Shown piece by piece: positions 49,308 to 63,727 of a stretch of DNA of 64,000 nt. The stretch spans positions 18,724,001 to 18,788,000 of the forward strand of contig CM068743.1 in assembly GCA_035084275.1 (NCBI GenBank). The letters are read 5' to 3'. The notes under the pieces are model-generated. The model was not told the origin of the DNA. It saw nothing but the letters and a program-made list of their open reading frames with translations, and did no database searches. The translations under genes and the position numbers were made by a program. Source of the stretch: Hydrolagus colliei. Its lineage: Eukaryota. How positions within the stretch are numbered: position 1 is the first letter of the stretch; each line of letters begins with the position of its first letter.

Positions 49308-52300
49308 CCGTACAACTGTGTATTTTACAATAATTCCATATTTTCCTGGACAAAAACTGACTTGCAAATATAATAAATTGACATGGCATTTTTACTGTCA
49401 AACACCACTCACTTCTCAATCTATCTTCACCATGCCTTTTGGTCACCATCCCAACTCCACCCTTGACCCTCATCCCTCCCGAATCCAATCCAGCCCCAGC
49501 CTGGGGTGCAAACCCTCAACTGTCCAGCAACCTGGTGTATCTTCCTGACATGAAAGGCATTGCATAAATGCAATTTGTTGTTGTATCTGACATGACTGGA
49601 TTCTGATAAAGGAGACTGATTCACAGAAATTTGCAGATAATAATCCTTGTATTTGATATAGCACCTCATCACTTCTTTGAGACGTCTCAATAGGCTATAC
49701 TGTAAAGTGAATTGACTGTATATTTTGTGGGCGAAACGTTGTCACCAATTCTGGTGGTGGTGGTAGGGTGGTGGGAGAAGGGAGTAGTGAAGAGGAATGC
49801 AGAAGAAAAACAAGCTAGCAGACTGGGCAGACAGATGGAAATGAGGAAATTATGTTTACCGTAGGAAATCATGAAGCAATTCACTTTGGCAATAAGATTA
49901 AGGAAGATGTCCCAAGTCCAGATGGTAGGAATCTAAGAGTAGAGAAGCAAAAAGATCTGGGGATTCAGATCTAGAAATTTCTAAAAGCAGGAACACAAAT
50001 AGATAAAACCCAATTGGAAAAAGGCTTAATTACAAATGTAATTTTGATGTTGTTCAGATTATGAGTGAAAGCAAGGTTCTGGGCTGTCCTAGGATCAGAG
50101 CTCTATTAAGGTGTGGCAGTAAGGCATATAGGCCAGCATTCATGCTTCACCAGTGCTGTGAAAGAAGTCTCAGCCAGGGTTCCTGCTAACTATCCAGTGA
50201 CCCATGCTGTAAAGTGCACACGTGACTATCAGGTGACTGGATCAGTCTTAGCTGCATGCTTCCCACAGATGAATAGTCTACACACACCTGCTGCTTGTCT
50301 CAAAGAATGTCCACTTGAGTGAGTTCGGAGAGACTGCCAACACCCACTGGATCACCACTATGACTCAGCACCTTTAGCAAAGGTGGGAAGCAAAAGAAAA
50401 TGAAGACTTGCAGCTTTAACAATACTAAATGAGCTCCTCTGGGGGAGCGAGGGAGGGCGTTTTGTCCTCTTTCTCTTGGGGAATTGTCTGGGTACCATCT
50501 GTCTGCATTAATGACTTCAGTCCTTATTACAACTATTCCTGTATTGCCGAATGCAAATCACCTAACCATGATGTGACAAAGCACCAAGCCATGGCAAACC
50601 AGGAACTTATAACATATTGCCAATTGACATCCCACCATCCTATTTTGTAATACATTGAGTGCCACTTCAATAGAGCAATATGTGAAATGTTACACCTACA
50701 ACAAAGTGAACGAATACATTGTGTGAAAGCAACTTGATACAACAGTAGCAGAGCAGATTTCATCAATTGGTTTCTATTTCACAATTAAATTCCTGTTATC
50801 AAAACAACTCTAGCAAACTTGTTTAAGATAGAGGTCATCTTGACCCTCGCTGAATTAAAAATGCATCCAAGTTAAACAAGAGTGGTCGGGTTACTTTTAG
50901 GGGTCGGATCAGTTCACAGGCAACATCACACCATAACTCTGAAAGCTACAAATTACACCTATTTGGATTTTATGATGAGCAAAACCAAGGGTGTGATTTG
51001 GTCCTTCTCCCTCTCTAGTTCTACAACCTATTTAATACAATTACACAGAGAGCTCATAAATTGGTCAAATCCATTATTTGCCAGCTACTAAAGTCATATC
51101 TGCAGTCATTCCAGCAGACCTTGTTGCATGACTTCCAGTGTCAGATTGTGACCTACGGTTACTACTCTTGAGAATCCCACCAACTTTTATTCCAAGAGTA
51201 TAGCCTTTAAGAGTAAAATAGCTAAATGCACAAGGATCAGGGGAGTGGGAGAAAGAACACCAGAACAAAATGAAAATATATTATTAGTGCAATGCAGTTT
51301 CACCACAAACAACCAGCTTAACTCGTTCAAAGCAAACTTATTAAAAATATTTTAATTTAAATAAAGCTGGTCCCAGTCAGTCTTGCAATCCAACAACCTC
51401 TTCTCTGATGCAGGGTCCTCGGCATTTAACTTTTATTGAAGATCCACCAATTGGTTTCATGTGACTCTAATCAACTGCATTAAATTTAATTGCATCTAAC
51501 TGGATGTCATAGCCACTTTTCAGAACGCACTTTTTTCTATTCGGTTAGTTATCTGAGCATTATGTTATTTAAAATCAAAAAGAAAAAACATTTAAAATTC
51601 CCAGAACACACCTTAGAGATGACAGCCGTGTAAGTTTGTTTTATTAAGTTCAGAATATTCATTAGAATTTGTAACATTTAGATGCTGGTTAGTAGTCAGC
51701 CAAACGTGTTCAAGTGAAAATGCAAAGGGCTATGTGAAACTGTGTTAAGCTGCCACTGTAAACACCCTCCAATTGCATTGTTCTATTGTAGACATTGTTG
51801 TCAAACAAAAACCTACATTACAATTGAAACATTTCAATTCCACGGCAACAACCACTGCACATCAGTCCAAATATTTCACAATATGGTAGAACACAATAGT
51901 TTGGAATCCATAAAATCCCAACCAGCTCTAATGTGAGGAATTACCAATAAGTGCTCCCGCAGTCACTGCGCATGCATGTGGAAAGACTGAAATGCTGGCT
52001 AGCATATGGGAAGCCAAAATGGCTTGATGGCCATCTGGTCGCCACTGATACACTGATATCAATATCAACCTATTGACGAGGAAGTTGCCATTTTGGCTTC
52101 TCACCTGCCAGTCAACATTTAAGCATGTTTTCGTGGGAGAGAGTAACCGTCAAGCCCACACCCCGATCACATGATAAGCAAACCTGGATTGATAACAAAG
52201 CATGCTGGAAGAGGGTTCCACTATACAAACTAACTCTATATCAACATAAACACTCAAACGGTAAAATGGGAAAAATCCTGTTCCTTTGACAGTCAGTCCA

Positions 52301-55300
52301 CATGAAACATACCCTATGTGGACTCAAGTCCACTTTCTTGGGCAGATTCAGCCATATTCAAATACTGAAAGGTAATCAAATAAAATTGCCAGAAATTCCT
52401 CAACTTCATTCTCTAACAATATTCCAATCCCTCCAGGAACATGCAAGCCGTCATATCTGTGACACTGCACCTATTCTTTGGATCCTAAAATACCATTTCC
52501 AAGCAAATATATCCAGTTCTTTTTTTGAAGGTTGCAACACACGCAGAGAAAATGTGTTCGTTAACAAACTGTCTCAGATTTTACTAGAGTAAAGAGAGAA
52601 GAGATTGTTTTCTAATCTCAAATTCTGTTTTGACACCCTCAATTTAAACATACACTTTAGTTATAAAGCATTTAGTCAAAGCCCAATCACATGTACTGTA
52701 GCTATGTATTCTATGTATCCGTACAACTGTGTATTTTACAATAATTCCATATTTTCCTGGACAAAAACTGACTTGCAAATATAATAAATTGACATGGCAT
52801 TTTTACTGTCAAACACCACTCACTTCTCAATCTATCTTCACCATGCCTTTTGGTCACCATCCCAACTCCACCCTTGACCCTCATCCCTCCCGAATCCAAT
52901 CCAGCCCCAGCCTGGGGTGCAAACCCTCAACTGTCCAGCAACCTGGTGTATCTTCCTGACATGAAAGGCATTGCATAAATGCAATTTGTTGTTGTATCTG
53001 ACATGACTGGATTCTGATAAAGGAGACTGATTCACAGAAATTTGCAGATAATAATCCTTGTATTTGATATAGCACCTCATCACTTCTTTGAGACGTCTCA
53101 ATAGGCTATACTGTAAAGTGAATTGACTGTATATTTTGTGGGCGAAACGTTGTCACCAATTCTGGTGGTGGTGGTAGGGTGGTGGGAGAAGGGAGTAGTG
53201 AAGAGGAATGCAGAAGAAAAACAAGCTAGCAGACTGGGCAGACAGATGGAAATGAGGAAATTATGTTTACCGTAGGAAATCATGAAGCAATTCACTTTGG
53301 CAATAAGATTAAGGAAGATGTCCCAAGTCCAGATGGTAGGAATCTAAGAGTAGAGAAGCAAAAAGATCTGGGGATTCAGATCTAGAAATTTCTAAAAGCA
53401 GGAACACAAATAGATAAAACCCAATTGGAAAAAGGCTTAATTACAAATGTAATTTTGATGTTGTTCAGATTATGAGTGAAAGCAAGGTTCTGGGCTGTCC
53501 TAGGATCAGAGCTCTATTAAGGTGTGGCAGTAAGGCATATAGGCCAGCATTCATGCTTCACCAGTGCTGTGAAAGAAGTCTCAGCCAGGGTTCCTGCTAA
53601 CTATCCAGTGACCCATGCTGTAAAGTGCACACGTGACTATCAGGTGACTGGATCAGTCTTAGCTGCATGCTTCCCACAGATGAATAGTCTACACACACCT
53701 GCTGCTTGTCTCAAAGAATGTCCACTTGAGTGAGTTCGGAGAGACTGCCAACACCCACTGGATCACCACTATGACTCAGCACCTTTAGCAAAGGTGGGAA
53801 GCAAAAGAAAATGAAGACTTGCAGCTTTAACAATACTAAATGAGCTCCTCTGGGGGAGCGAGGGAGGGCGTTTTGTCCTCTTTCTCTTGGGGAATTGTCT
53901 GGGTACCATCTGTCTGCATTAATGACTTCAGTCCTTATTACAACTATTCCTGTATTGCCGAATGCAAATCACCTAACCATGATGTGACAAAGCACCAAGC
54001 CATGGCAAACCAGGAACTTATAACATATTGCCAATTGACATCCCACCATCCTATTTTGTAATACATTGAGTGCCACTTCAATAGAGCAATATGTGAAATG
54101 TTACACCTACAACAAAGTGAACGAATACATTGTGTGAAAGCAACTTGATACAACAGTAGCAGAGCAGATTTCATCAATTGGTTTCTATTTCACAATTAAA
54201 TTCCTGTTATCAAAACAACTCTAGCAAACTTGTTTAAGATAGAGGTCATCTTGACCCTCGCTGAATTAAAAATGCATCCAAGTTAAACAAGAGTGGTCGG
54301 GTTACTTTTAGGGGTCGGATCAGTTCACAGGCAACATCACACCATAACTCTGAAAGCTACAAATTACACCTATTTGGATTTTATGATGAGCAAAACCAAG
54401 GGTGTGATTTGGTCCTTCTCCCTCTCTAGTTCTACAACCTATTTAATACAATTACACAGAGAGCTCATAAATTGGTCAAATCCATTATTTGCCAGCTACT
54501 AAAGTCATATCTGCAGTCATTCCAGCAGACCTTGTTGCATGACTTCCAGTGTCAGATTGTGACCTACGGTTACTACTCTTGAGAATCCCACCAACTTTTA
54601 TTCCAAGAGTATAGCCTTTAAGAGTAAAATAGCTAAATGCACAAGGATCAGGGGAGTGGGAGAAAGAACACCAGAACAAAATGAAAATATATTATTAGTG
54701 CAATGCAGTTTCACCACAAACAACCAGCTTAACTCGTTCAAAGCAAACTTATTAAAAATATTTTAATTTAAATAAAGCTGGTCCCAGTCAGTCTTGCAAT
54801 CCAACAACCTCTTCTCTGATGCAGGGTCCTCGGCATTTAACTTTTATTGAAGATCCACCAATTGGTTTCATGTGACTCTAATCAACTGCATTAAATTTAA
54901 TTGCATCTAACTGGATGTCATAGCCACTTTTCAGAACGCACTTTTTTCTATTCGGTTAGTTATCTGAGCATTATGTTATTTAAAATCAAAAAGAAAAAAC
55001 ATTTAAAATTCCCAGAACACACCTTAGAGATGACAGCCGTGTAAGTTTGTTTTATTAAGTTCAGAATATTCATTAGAATTTGTAACATTTAGATGCTGGT
55101 TAGTAGTCAGCCAAACGTGTTCAAGTGAAAATGCAAAGGGCTATGTGAAACTGTGTTAAGCTGCCACTGTAAACACCCTCCAATTGCATTGTTCTATTGT
55201 AGACATTGTTGTCAAACAAAAACCTACATTACAATTGAAACATTTCAATTCCACGGCAACAACCACTGCACATCAGTCCAAATATTTCACAATATGGTAG

Positions 55301-56123
55301 AACACAATAGTTTGGAATCCATAAAATCCCAACCAGCTCTAATGTGAGGAATTACCAATAAGTGCTCCCGCAGTCACTGCGCATGCATGTGGAAAGACTG
55401 AAATGCTGGCTAGCATATGGGAAGCCAAAATGGCTTGATGGCCATCTGGTCGCCACTGATACACTGATATCAATATCAACCTATTGACGAGGAAGTTGCC
55501 ATTTTGGCTTCTCACCTGCCAGTCAACATTTAAGCATGTTTTCGTGGGAGAGAGTAACCGTCAAGCCCACACCCCGATCACATGATAAGCAAACCTGGAT
55601 TGATAACAAAGCATGCTGGAAGAGGGTTCCACTATACAAACTAACTCTATATCAACATAAACACTCAAACGGTAAAATGGGAAAAATCCTGTTCCTTTGA
55701 CAGTCAGTCCACATGAAACATACCCTATGTGGACTCAAGTCCACTTTCTTGGGCAGATTCAGCCATATTCAAATACTGAAAGGTAATCAAATAAAATTGC
55801 CAGAAATTCCTCAACTTCATTCTCTAACAATATTCCAATCCCTCCAGGAACATGCAAGCCGTCATATCTGTGACACTGCACCTATTCTTTGGATCCTAAA
55901 ATACCATTTCCAAGCAAATATATCCAGTTCTTTTTTTGAAGGTTGCAACACACGCAGAGAAAATGTGTTCGTTAACAAACTGTCTCAGATTTTACTAGAG
56001 TAAAGAGAGAAGAGATTGTTTTCTAATCTCAAATTCTGTTTTGACACCCTCAATTTAAACATACACTTTAGTTATAAAGCATTTAGTCAAAGCCCAATCA
56101 CATGTACTGTAGCTATGTATTCT
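49308..56123 (+). repeat. Tandem segmental duplication, 2 x 3405 bp (period 3411)
   Basis: 49308-52712 repeated at 52719-56123; ORF-track entries lying fully inside recur with identical translation at +3411. Confidence 0.97.
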
Positions 56124-57286
56124 CAGGATTGAAGATCATGTTCATAACACCCATCTCCAATCCATCTTATAGTGAAATTGTCGAGATGTTCGTCACTGTC
56201 AGTTCTAAATCCCAGCACTATACTCAGTAGCTTTCCTAAAACTTCAAAAACCTTTTGAAAGTACTGTACTATACAATACAGTGCCCAAAATAGTTCACAA
56301 GTAGCTTTACCTGTGGTTTGCACAAGGGTAAAATAACTTTGTTTGACTTTGTTAAATGCCCTTGAGTTATAACTTGGGATTTGTTGCTAGTGGGTTCATA
56401 AATAAATCTGCACTTCACCAGCACACCGGAGAATTATTTGAAGCAGATATTGCAATTCTCAGCAACTAAATACTATCTACTCTGAAATAAGGTTAAAATA
56501 TTTTTTAATAAATTAAAGCATCAACATTTTCACTTACATAACTCAAACTACTCATATCATACAGATGTTACATGAAAGGATAGCTTTTGACTAGGTCTGA
56601 AATATGATACAAGGTGCATATTAAAGAACTACCTGGTCTATTTCCCTCTACGTATATTATCCAGGAATTAGTTACTAGCTAAAATACTACAAATCATCAG
56701 ACCCCACTATGGCTCTGCCCAAATAAGCCAATGTCCAGCCAGCTGACTACATCATAGTAAATTCCACACTTTCAGCTGCCGTGTCAGGGTCCAAATATGT
56801 TGATCAAAGACAAAGCTCTTACAACATCAGACAAGCATGATGTAATGCTCTGGAATGATGGAAATTCCCAGGAGTAATAGCAGTTAAAAAGAACGATTAC
56901 ATACATCTCCAACAAGCAAACCGGCTTTATCCTTTCACAGCACATTTTGCCATGTCAAGCAATTTCAGAAGACAGTGAGCACCTATGACATAAAAGATAA
57001 TATGCTTATGCTTACTTATCTACCATATAAGCATTTCATTGAAAGAATACTGATTCGGGGCTAAAATAAAAAAATATTTTTAAAGAAAAACATTAGGAAA
57101 TTAAAAATTCTGTTGCAATTAGGTTTAATAGTACTGCATATAAGGACCATGGGAAACAGTAAAATGGCAGAATTTGAGCTAATAGGCTTCAAATTAAAAT
57201 GCCTTAAGGTTCCTCCCAGGTCATCTCGATTGTTCCAACCTAGAGGTCAATCTTATATAACTCAAAATGTGACAACATTCATAATA

Positions 57287-57506
57287 CAGTAAAAGCCCAT
57301 TTCTCTGTGACCCGATCAACCATAACTTCCGTATAACTGGCATGTCAAAAAAAGAGGTCCCCATTCGATTAACCGGAATTTATCTGGCACAATGTATTTT
57401 TTTTAATTAAACATTTTTTTGCATGTGTTTTCAGCCAAACATCCAGCACATGCTTTAACCGGCATTGGCTAGGTCCTGAGGGTGCCGGATAAACGGGGTT
57501 TTACTG
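57287..57506. mobile_element. MITE family B (short)
   Basis: TA|CAGTAAAAGCCCATTTCTCTG ... CGGATAAACGGGGTTTTACTG|TA. Confidence 0.9.
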
Positions 57507-57842
57507 TATTGAGATATTTTCACTTTTACTGTTTGGATTGTGCAATAATATCACATCCACTTATTTCACTTATCCAATGAAAACAAATACTGTACCTACA
57601 ATGTGGCTGAGAAACAATTTTATAAGCAACTATTAAACTGTACTTTATTGAAATCCAAATGTGTATTAGCAATATTTCTCATCAAATATAAGAAATACCA
57701 ACTCACGAACGTAAACTTAGGAGCTGGTTACATTAAAGATACAGAATACCACCTCAACACTCATCTACCTTAACAACATTTAGTTACAGTCTATAAAATC
57801 ATTTGGCATTCTAAACATACAAGAAAAACAATAATACTTCCT

Positions 57843-58350
57843 TCTATCTTCTATGCAAATAAAGACATAATGTCTGTCTGTGTATCAGCCAAGAACCCAA
57901 TAGACCAATTGATGTAAACATGATTTATGCCTCATTAGAAAGGTCTTGCATGGGGGGAATGTCATCAGCATGTATTTTATTTTTGGGGGTGTCGTCTATC
58001 ATTGATGAGCTATAACCTAAAAAAGCTCATCGCACATGTATGGCAGTTACATATATGCTGCAGTTTCACATGGGGGCCCCACAAACTCCCAGTGGCACTG
58101 CAGCATGCAGTCAGACAAAGCCAAATGGCGGGAACAAAATGGAGTCATAGAAGTTGCATTGGGCAGCATTTTTCCTGGGCAGCGCCATGTTGGAGTTGGC
58201 CCGTTGGCCGTTGACGGACGACTTGGTAAGGCTTTCCGAGTTACTCCACATTGCGGCCTACCGGTGACTAGCCGGGGAGGGTGAAGCCCATTCTTCAGGA
58301 GTTTAGCCCCTCCACGTCTTATATATTTATAATAGACATAATATCTGTGT
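57843..58350 (+). mobile_element. Possible Helitron/Helentron-like non-autonomous fragment
   Basis: TCTATCTTCTATGCAAATAAAGACATAATGTCTGTCTG head, echoed at about 58317-58350; no clear 3' CTAG end. Confidence 0.35.
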
Positions 58351-59012
58351 AACAGTCAACACACACACACTGCTCTGGCTCAGCTGAAGTGCCCACAGTG
58401 ACTGAGAAACAGCAGCTATGATTGTGAGCAGGGGATGTGCTATTAATAATCAGCCTCGCATTTATTGAAGTGATTTTAGCGTCTTCTAGACATCTCAAAG
58501 GTGAAATAAGTGTATATTTGTGGGCGAAACGCAGCAGCCAATTGCACACAGCAGTTAGCCCTACGATTAAAAATGTAGAGACATTTGCCTGTTCCATGTT
58601 ACTGCTTTCCCTACACTTCACAGTTCTCATGTCATACACACAATTCAGGGTGGGGTGGGGGCCACCTTGATGGTTGTATCACTTCCCCCAGAAAGTGAGT
58701 AGGAGATTCCCCGCAGCAGTAAAGAGTCCATCATTGTGGTGCAGTCTCATTAGTTGTGCATTGGAGGGGGGTAGGACATTATTCAATCAACAAATCAATG
58801 AAAATAGTCCCGCATTTCATTGAACTTGACTTAAAAATAACACACTCTGCCGTCCGAAGCACAGATACCAGCAGTGGCTATCTGGTTCATTTTTGATGAG
58901 GAAAAACGTTTGGACTGTCAGTTGGTCTGATTCACTACTCAATAGGCAGTGGAGAATTTATAAACCTCCCAAATGTTGGGAAAGCGGAGTCAAAAAGGCT
59001 GTAAGAATCTTT

Positions 59013-59660
59013 CAACGACAACTTCGATTTATATAGCGCCCTCCAAGCCGGGTGGCATCTCGGAACGCTTCACAATAACGAATCCCGGGGCAGAGCCACG
59101 GACAGGGGAAAAAAGGTGACCGAAGGCGAGGTCGAAAGGAAAGATCGTTAGCCGAGACCTGAAACTAGGAAGAGAGGGGGCAAAGCGAAGTGAGTGAGGA
59201 ATGGAGTTCCAGAGCTTTGGGGCGTAGTGGCTGAAGGTACAGCCGCCGATGGTGGAGCGAAGGATTCGGGGGACAAGGAGGAGACCAGAATCGGAGGAGC
59301 GAAGGCAACGGATGCTGTTTTGAGGAGAGAGGTCAGAGAGGTAGGGGGGTGCAGAAGAGTGGAGAGATTTGAAAACAAGAGTGAGGATCTTGAAATCGAT
59401 CCTCTCCGGGACAGGGAGCCAGTGAAATCTGGCAAGGACTGGGGTAATAGGGGAGTGAAGTTTGGTGCGGGTGAAAATGTGGGAGGCAGAGTTCTGAATG
59501 AGCTGGATTTTATGGATTGTGGTGGAGGGGAGACCGGCAAGGAGGGCATTTGAGTAAACCAGCCGAGAGGTGACAAAGGCATGGACCAGAGTTTCAGCGG
59601 CTTTTGTGGTGAGATATTGCCGGAGATAGGTGATACGTCGGAGATGGAAAACCGATTACT
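59013..59660 (-). mobile_element. L2-clade LINE 3' end, distinct subfamily
   Basis: Antisense of ETLVHAFVTSRLVYSNALLAGLP..KIQLIQNSASHIF..LHWLPVPERIDFKILT; 3' tail differs from the other L2 copies. Confidence 0.9.
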
Positions 59661-59694
59661 TAGGAAGCATAAGTTTAATAACTTTATGAATTGA

Positions 59695-59828
59695 TAACTG
59701 TGCGCAATTGGCTGCTGCGTTTCGCCCACATATATACAGTCAATTCACTTTACAGTATATTCTACGAAGCACTTTGAGACGTCTAGAAGACGTGAAAAGC
59801 GCTATATCAAATGCAAGGATTATTATTA
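59695..59828 (+). mobile_element. SINE 3' half (main family); similar tail fragments at about 1148, 7160, 9590, 10563, 20524, 25388, 27638, 32665, 43828, 49637, 53048, 58440
   Basis: CTGTGCGCAATTGGCTGCTGCGTTTCGCCCAC..CAGTCAATTCACTTTACAGTATATTC..GCAAGGATTATTATT. Confidence 0.92.
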
Positions 59829-59967
59829 CTATAATTAAATATTGTTTGTTATCAAATTCAATATAAGACAAGCACATAAGCTACAGGTTAGCACTCCAAC
59901 TAACTTGTTTTGGTGGGGATTTAGTCTTTCATCTGTCTGGTTTGTTATAAGCTCCTTATCGAGTCGC

Positions 59968-60300
59968 AGAGATGACTCAAAGTGCTTCACGTATTCATAT
60001 TCACAGAATATGCAATGAAGTGAATTGACTGTATATTTTGTGGGCATAGCATGGCACAGCCAAATGTACACGTAGTGTCCCTAAAACAGTCATGGATTGA
60101 GTGACTAATTTAGTATTATTATTAACAGTTTAATAACCCCAGAAAAGTGATCTGCCAATCCACTAACAGATTCCTAGTTATTGATGGGTGAACAGAACTA
60201 GGCGGAGTAAGAAAACTTGCTAATGTTTCGCCCAGCCCAGGAATCAAACCCAGGTCTTCTCACTTGCAAGGATAATGATCTAACCAATACGCTTCAGAGC
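59968..60300 (-). mobile_element. tRNA-derived SINE, long variant, decayed
   Basis: Colinear with 11598-11972. Confidence 0.75.
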
Positions 60301-61495
60301 TCTATTAAGTTTCTTTGTGGGGAAAAAAGCAAACAACTCAAAAATCTATGTTGAACGAATGCTTAGAAATATCGGTGATAACAGTTTGACATTGTGAATG
60401 TCATTATTGACTTACACCTACGAAACTTAAAACATATTATAAACAACGACTGAACTATAGCAAGATGTACTGAAATTACAGGAAAAATGCATAAATCATG
60501 GTTACCATTCGCAATATTAAGCAATCTGCACTTGGTGTTTAGATTTGTTTTTCTAAACTCAAACATGCAAAATCCAAATCTGAAGTACACTTACAGATTT
60601 CATTCAGTTTGTATCAGGGCATTCAATAGTAGGCAACCACACCAGTAGTACTACTGGAACATTCTCTAGTCTACAGAACAGATTAATCCAAATATAATTC
60701 ATCAATACATGGGTATATCTTTAAGCAATGTGAATTGCATACTGCATATGCCTAAAATGTGTTGTCAGGTTTAGGTTTTTTTTAATTACCGCAATGTCGC
60801 AATATTCAATTCATTTCAAGCAAATAAGAAAACTGTCTAAAAACAAATTGTTTCAAATACTTTCATTTGAAACCTTGATAAAACTGCAGAATTTGGAGAA
60901 ATATTTAATCAAGCACCCTAAAGCTCTGGATGAGTATACAGATCAGAAAGCTGGCAACTGTTAGATCTAGTTTTGACAGAAACTACAATTTAATCTAGTA
61001 TAGTAATCTGATCTTCTGTACGCATCTTAATTGGAGCATCAGCGCATGCAGGTTTGTACAGATCTTCATCACAGACTACAGTGTGGGAAAGAGACAAGTG
61101 CTTTCCATTATAGAAAGGGGAAGAAGATCATACAGTGTTGCTATTCTCATCCACGTGGATCTAAATGATAGGATTCCAACAGCATCACAACTGAAATACA
61201 ATTTTGTTAAGAGTGAGATTTGACAAGAATCTATACACCAGAAAATGCAAAACCAAACGAAAACTACAAACTTCAACTTGCCAATTCCTGCACCACTCAA
61301 GGTGTTCAACCAACTATATGGGTGAAATGCCAATTGGAGCATCACTGGATGCATCCAGGTAGACACAGGTTTTTACCTGCAATCTTCATCACATCGTGCG
61401 AAAGAGACTAGTGCCAATGCTGCCCTGCACATCAATAATTCTATATTCTGTAATTCAGCATCAGGAGACCCACTTTTGGAAAGCTGATCTGTATT

Positions 61496-62385
61496 ACAAC
61501 AACAAAATTACATTTATAGAGCGCCTTTCACATCGGTAGAATGTGCCAAGATGCTGAACAGTTAAGTCGGGACCCGAGTGGGTGGGGGGGGGGGGGGGGG
61601 GGGTCGGGGTACGGGGAAGGAGAGTAGGAGAGAGGGGAGAATTAGGAGCGAAGTAGAAGGTACAGTTGAAGAGGAAGGTCTTGAGACCGGCCTTAAAGGA
61701 GGAAAGGGAGAAAGCAAGGTGAAGGGATTGCGGGAGGGAGTTCCAGTGTGGGGGCAGAGAGGCTGAAAGCCCAGCCACCGATGGTAGGGCGGTTCGGGCA
61801 GGGGACATGGAGCAGGCCAGAGCCCGCTGAATAGAGGGGACGGGCAGGCTGATAGGGAGACACAGGTCGGAGAGACAGGAGGGAGCAAGGCCATGAATGG
61901 CCTTGAAAGTGAGGACGAGGATCTTGAATTCATCCCTCTGGGAGATGAGGAGCCAGTGGAGATGGGCAACAGTGGGAGTGCTGTGGTCGAGGAGCCTAGT
62001 GCGGAAGAGTACACGAGCTGCAGAGTTCTGAATAATCTTCAGCTTGTGAAGGGAGGAGCTGGGAAGGCCGACGAGGAGAGAGTTCCCGTAGTCAAGCATA
62101 GATGTGATGAAAGCGTGAATGAATATTTCAGCAGCATGGGGGGTGAGGTAGTGGCGGAGTCGAGCAATGTTGCGGTGGTGGTGGAAGGCTGTACCGGTCA
62201 TGGCGCAGGTTGGGGAAGGCAGGATAGTTCGGGGTCGAAGTCTCTGACTGGCTCCGAGAGGTGGAGAGAGCATGCCGATGTTGCCAGCACCTGAGGTGTG
62301 GAGGCGCTGACGCGATCCAATCAGGAAGGCCTCCGTCTTGTTCACGTTTAGTTGGCGGAAGTTGTCCCTTGTCCAGGACTCAGGT
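61496..62385 (-). mobile_element. L2 LINE 3' fragment (longest copy in window)
   Basis: NKTEAFLIG, RNIARLRHYLT..HAFITSMLDYGNSLLVGLP, HLHWLL..EFKILVLTFKAIHGLAPS, FKAGLKTFLF; frameshifted. Confidence 0.95.
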
Positions 62386-63380
62386 ATGAATTACAGCACA
62401 GACACCGGGCAAATTGAACCCAAAATGCAAAAAGGAATGTGCTACAGAATCTCATCAGCAATGATTATTTCATTAGTGTTCAAGACCAAATGATTCACAA
62501 ACACTGCAGGTACAAATCAGTTATAAATGTCATTGACAAGAATTGACTTGCAGTAAAATAGATTAAGGGATTGTATAGTTTTGATAAAAGAGTATATAAG
62601 TGCAAAACAAAAAAACTTTGATTTTACACCAACTAAGGTTTTCAACCAACTACTTGGGTGAAGTACAGTATTTTGCCAATGTTTTTTCTACACGTAAATA
62701 ACTCATTAAAATTACCCAAAAACTCAATAAAGTCAATTTTTCTAGCTGTAAAACTCACAAAATTAGAATTAAAATATCAATGGGGTAAACTTAATTTAAA
62801 CTACCAAATGTAGTCAGTATTTCAATGGAAACCATTTCAAAACAAGACACTGTACTGTGTTAGCAAGCACATTTTGTTATTAACCTGTTATTGAACTGAG
62901 GCAATGGTCCTTTTAAATATTTCCTTTACGTATAGCACAACTTAAATCAAGACACTTCAATTGTGCCCATTTAAATAACGTCCTTTCACTTTCAAAATGG
63001 CAAAAACAATCCAACAGCCACATAAATCAAGATGTGTTATCCATACATTTAAACTATTAAAAACAAACTACCAGTTCAGTCCCTTGTTGTATTCTCTAAT
63101 TTTGTTCTATCATGCCTTTTCTCCTGTTCACCTCATCAATTCTTTGAGAAGAGGTTTTATTTTCAGTAATTACTAATAAGAAGCTACTCTATCAAATTCA
63201 TTGGTTATAGACTGCTGATGCAATACTAGAAAATATTTCAGCCACAAAATTTAAAAGGGTGGGTTTGGGGGTGTAGTTGTATTTTCACAAAGCAATCAGC
63301 TCACAGAGCCATCAGTTTGCATTCAGTATCAGATATTAAACCATCAAGAGAATTAAAAAGTTTAACACTGAACAGAATGC

Positions 63381-63727
63381 ATAATAATAATATAATCCTT
63401 GCATTTGATATAGCACTTTTCACATCTAATCGATGTCCCAAAGCGCTTCACAGAATATACTGGTAAAGTGAATTGACTGTATATTTGTGGGCGAATCGCA
63501 GCAGCCAATTGCGCACAGCAGTGTCCCACAAACAGTCGTGGATTGAAATGACCAATTTTATTATTGTGGGTTTTTTTGGACGGATTATTATTAGGCGTGT
63601 GGAGTAAGGAAACTTGCCCAAGGTTTCGCCCTGACCTGCCTGGATTTGGATTCGAACACAGGTCTCCCCAGCTTGGTCTCCCCAGCTTGCAAGACAAGTG
63701 CTCTAACCACTGAGCCACAGGAGTCAC
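63381..63727 (-). mobile_element. tRNA-derived SINE, main family, full length
   Basis: Head, core and tail; small tandem duplications in the head. Confidence 0.95.

Noticed and set aside
61299-62662. 28-nt near-repeat at 61299-61326 and 62635-62662 as TSD of the L2
   Set aside because: Lies 170-250 bp outside the L2 ends, so not a TSD; too short to interpret
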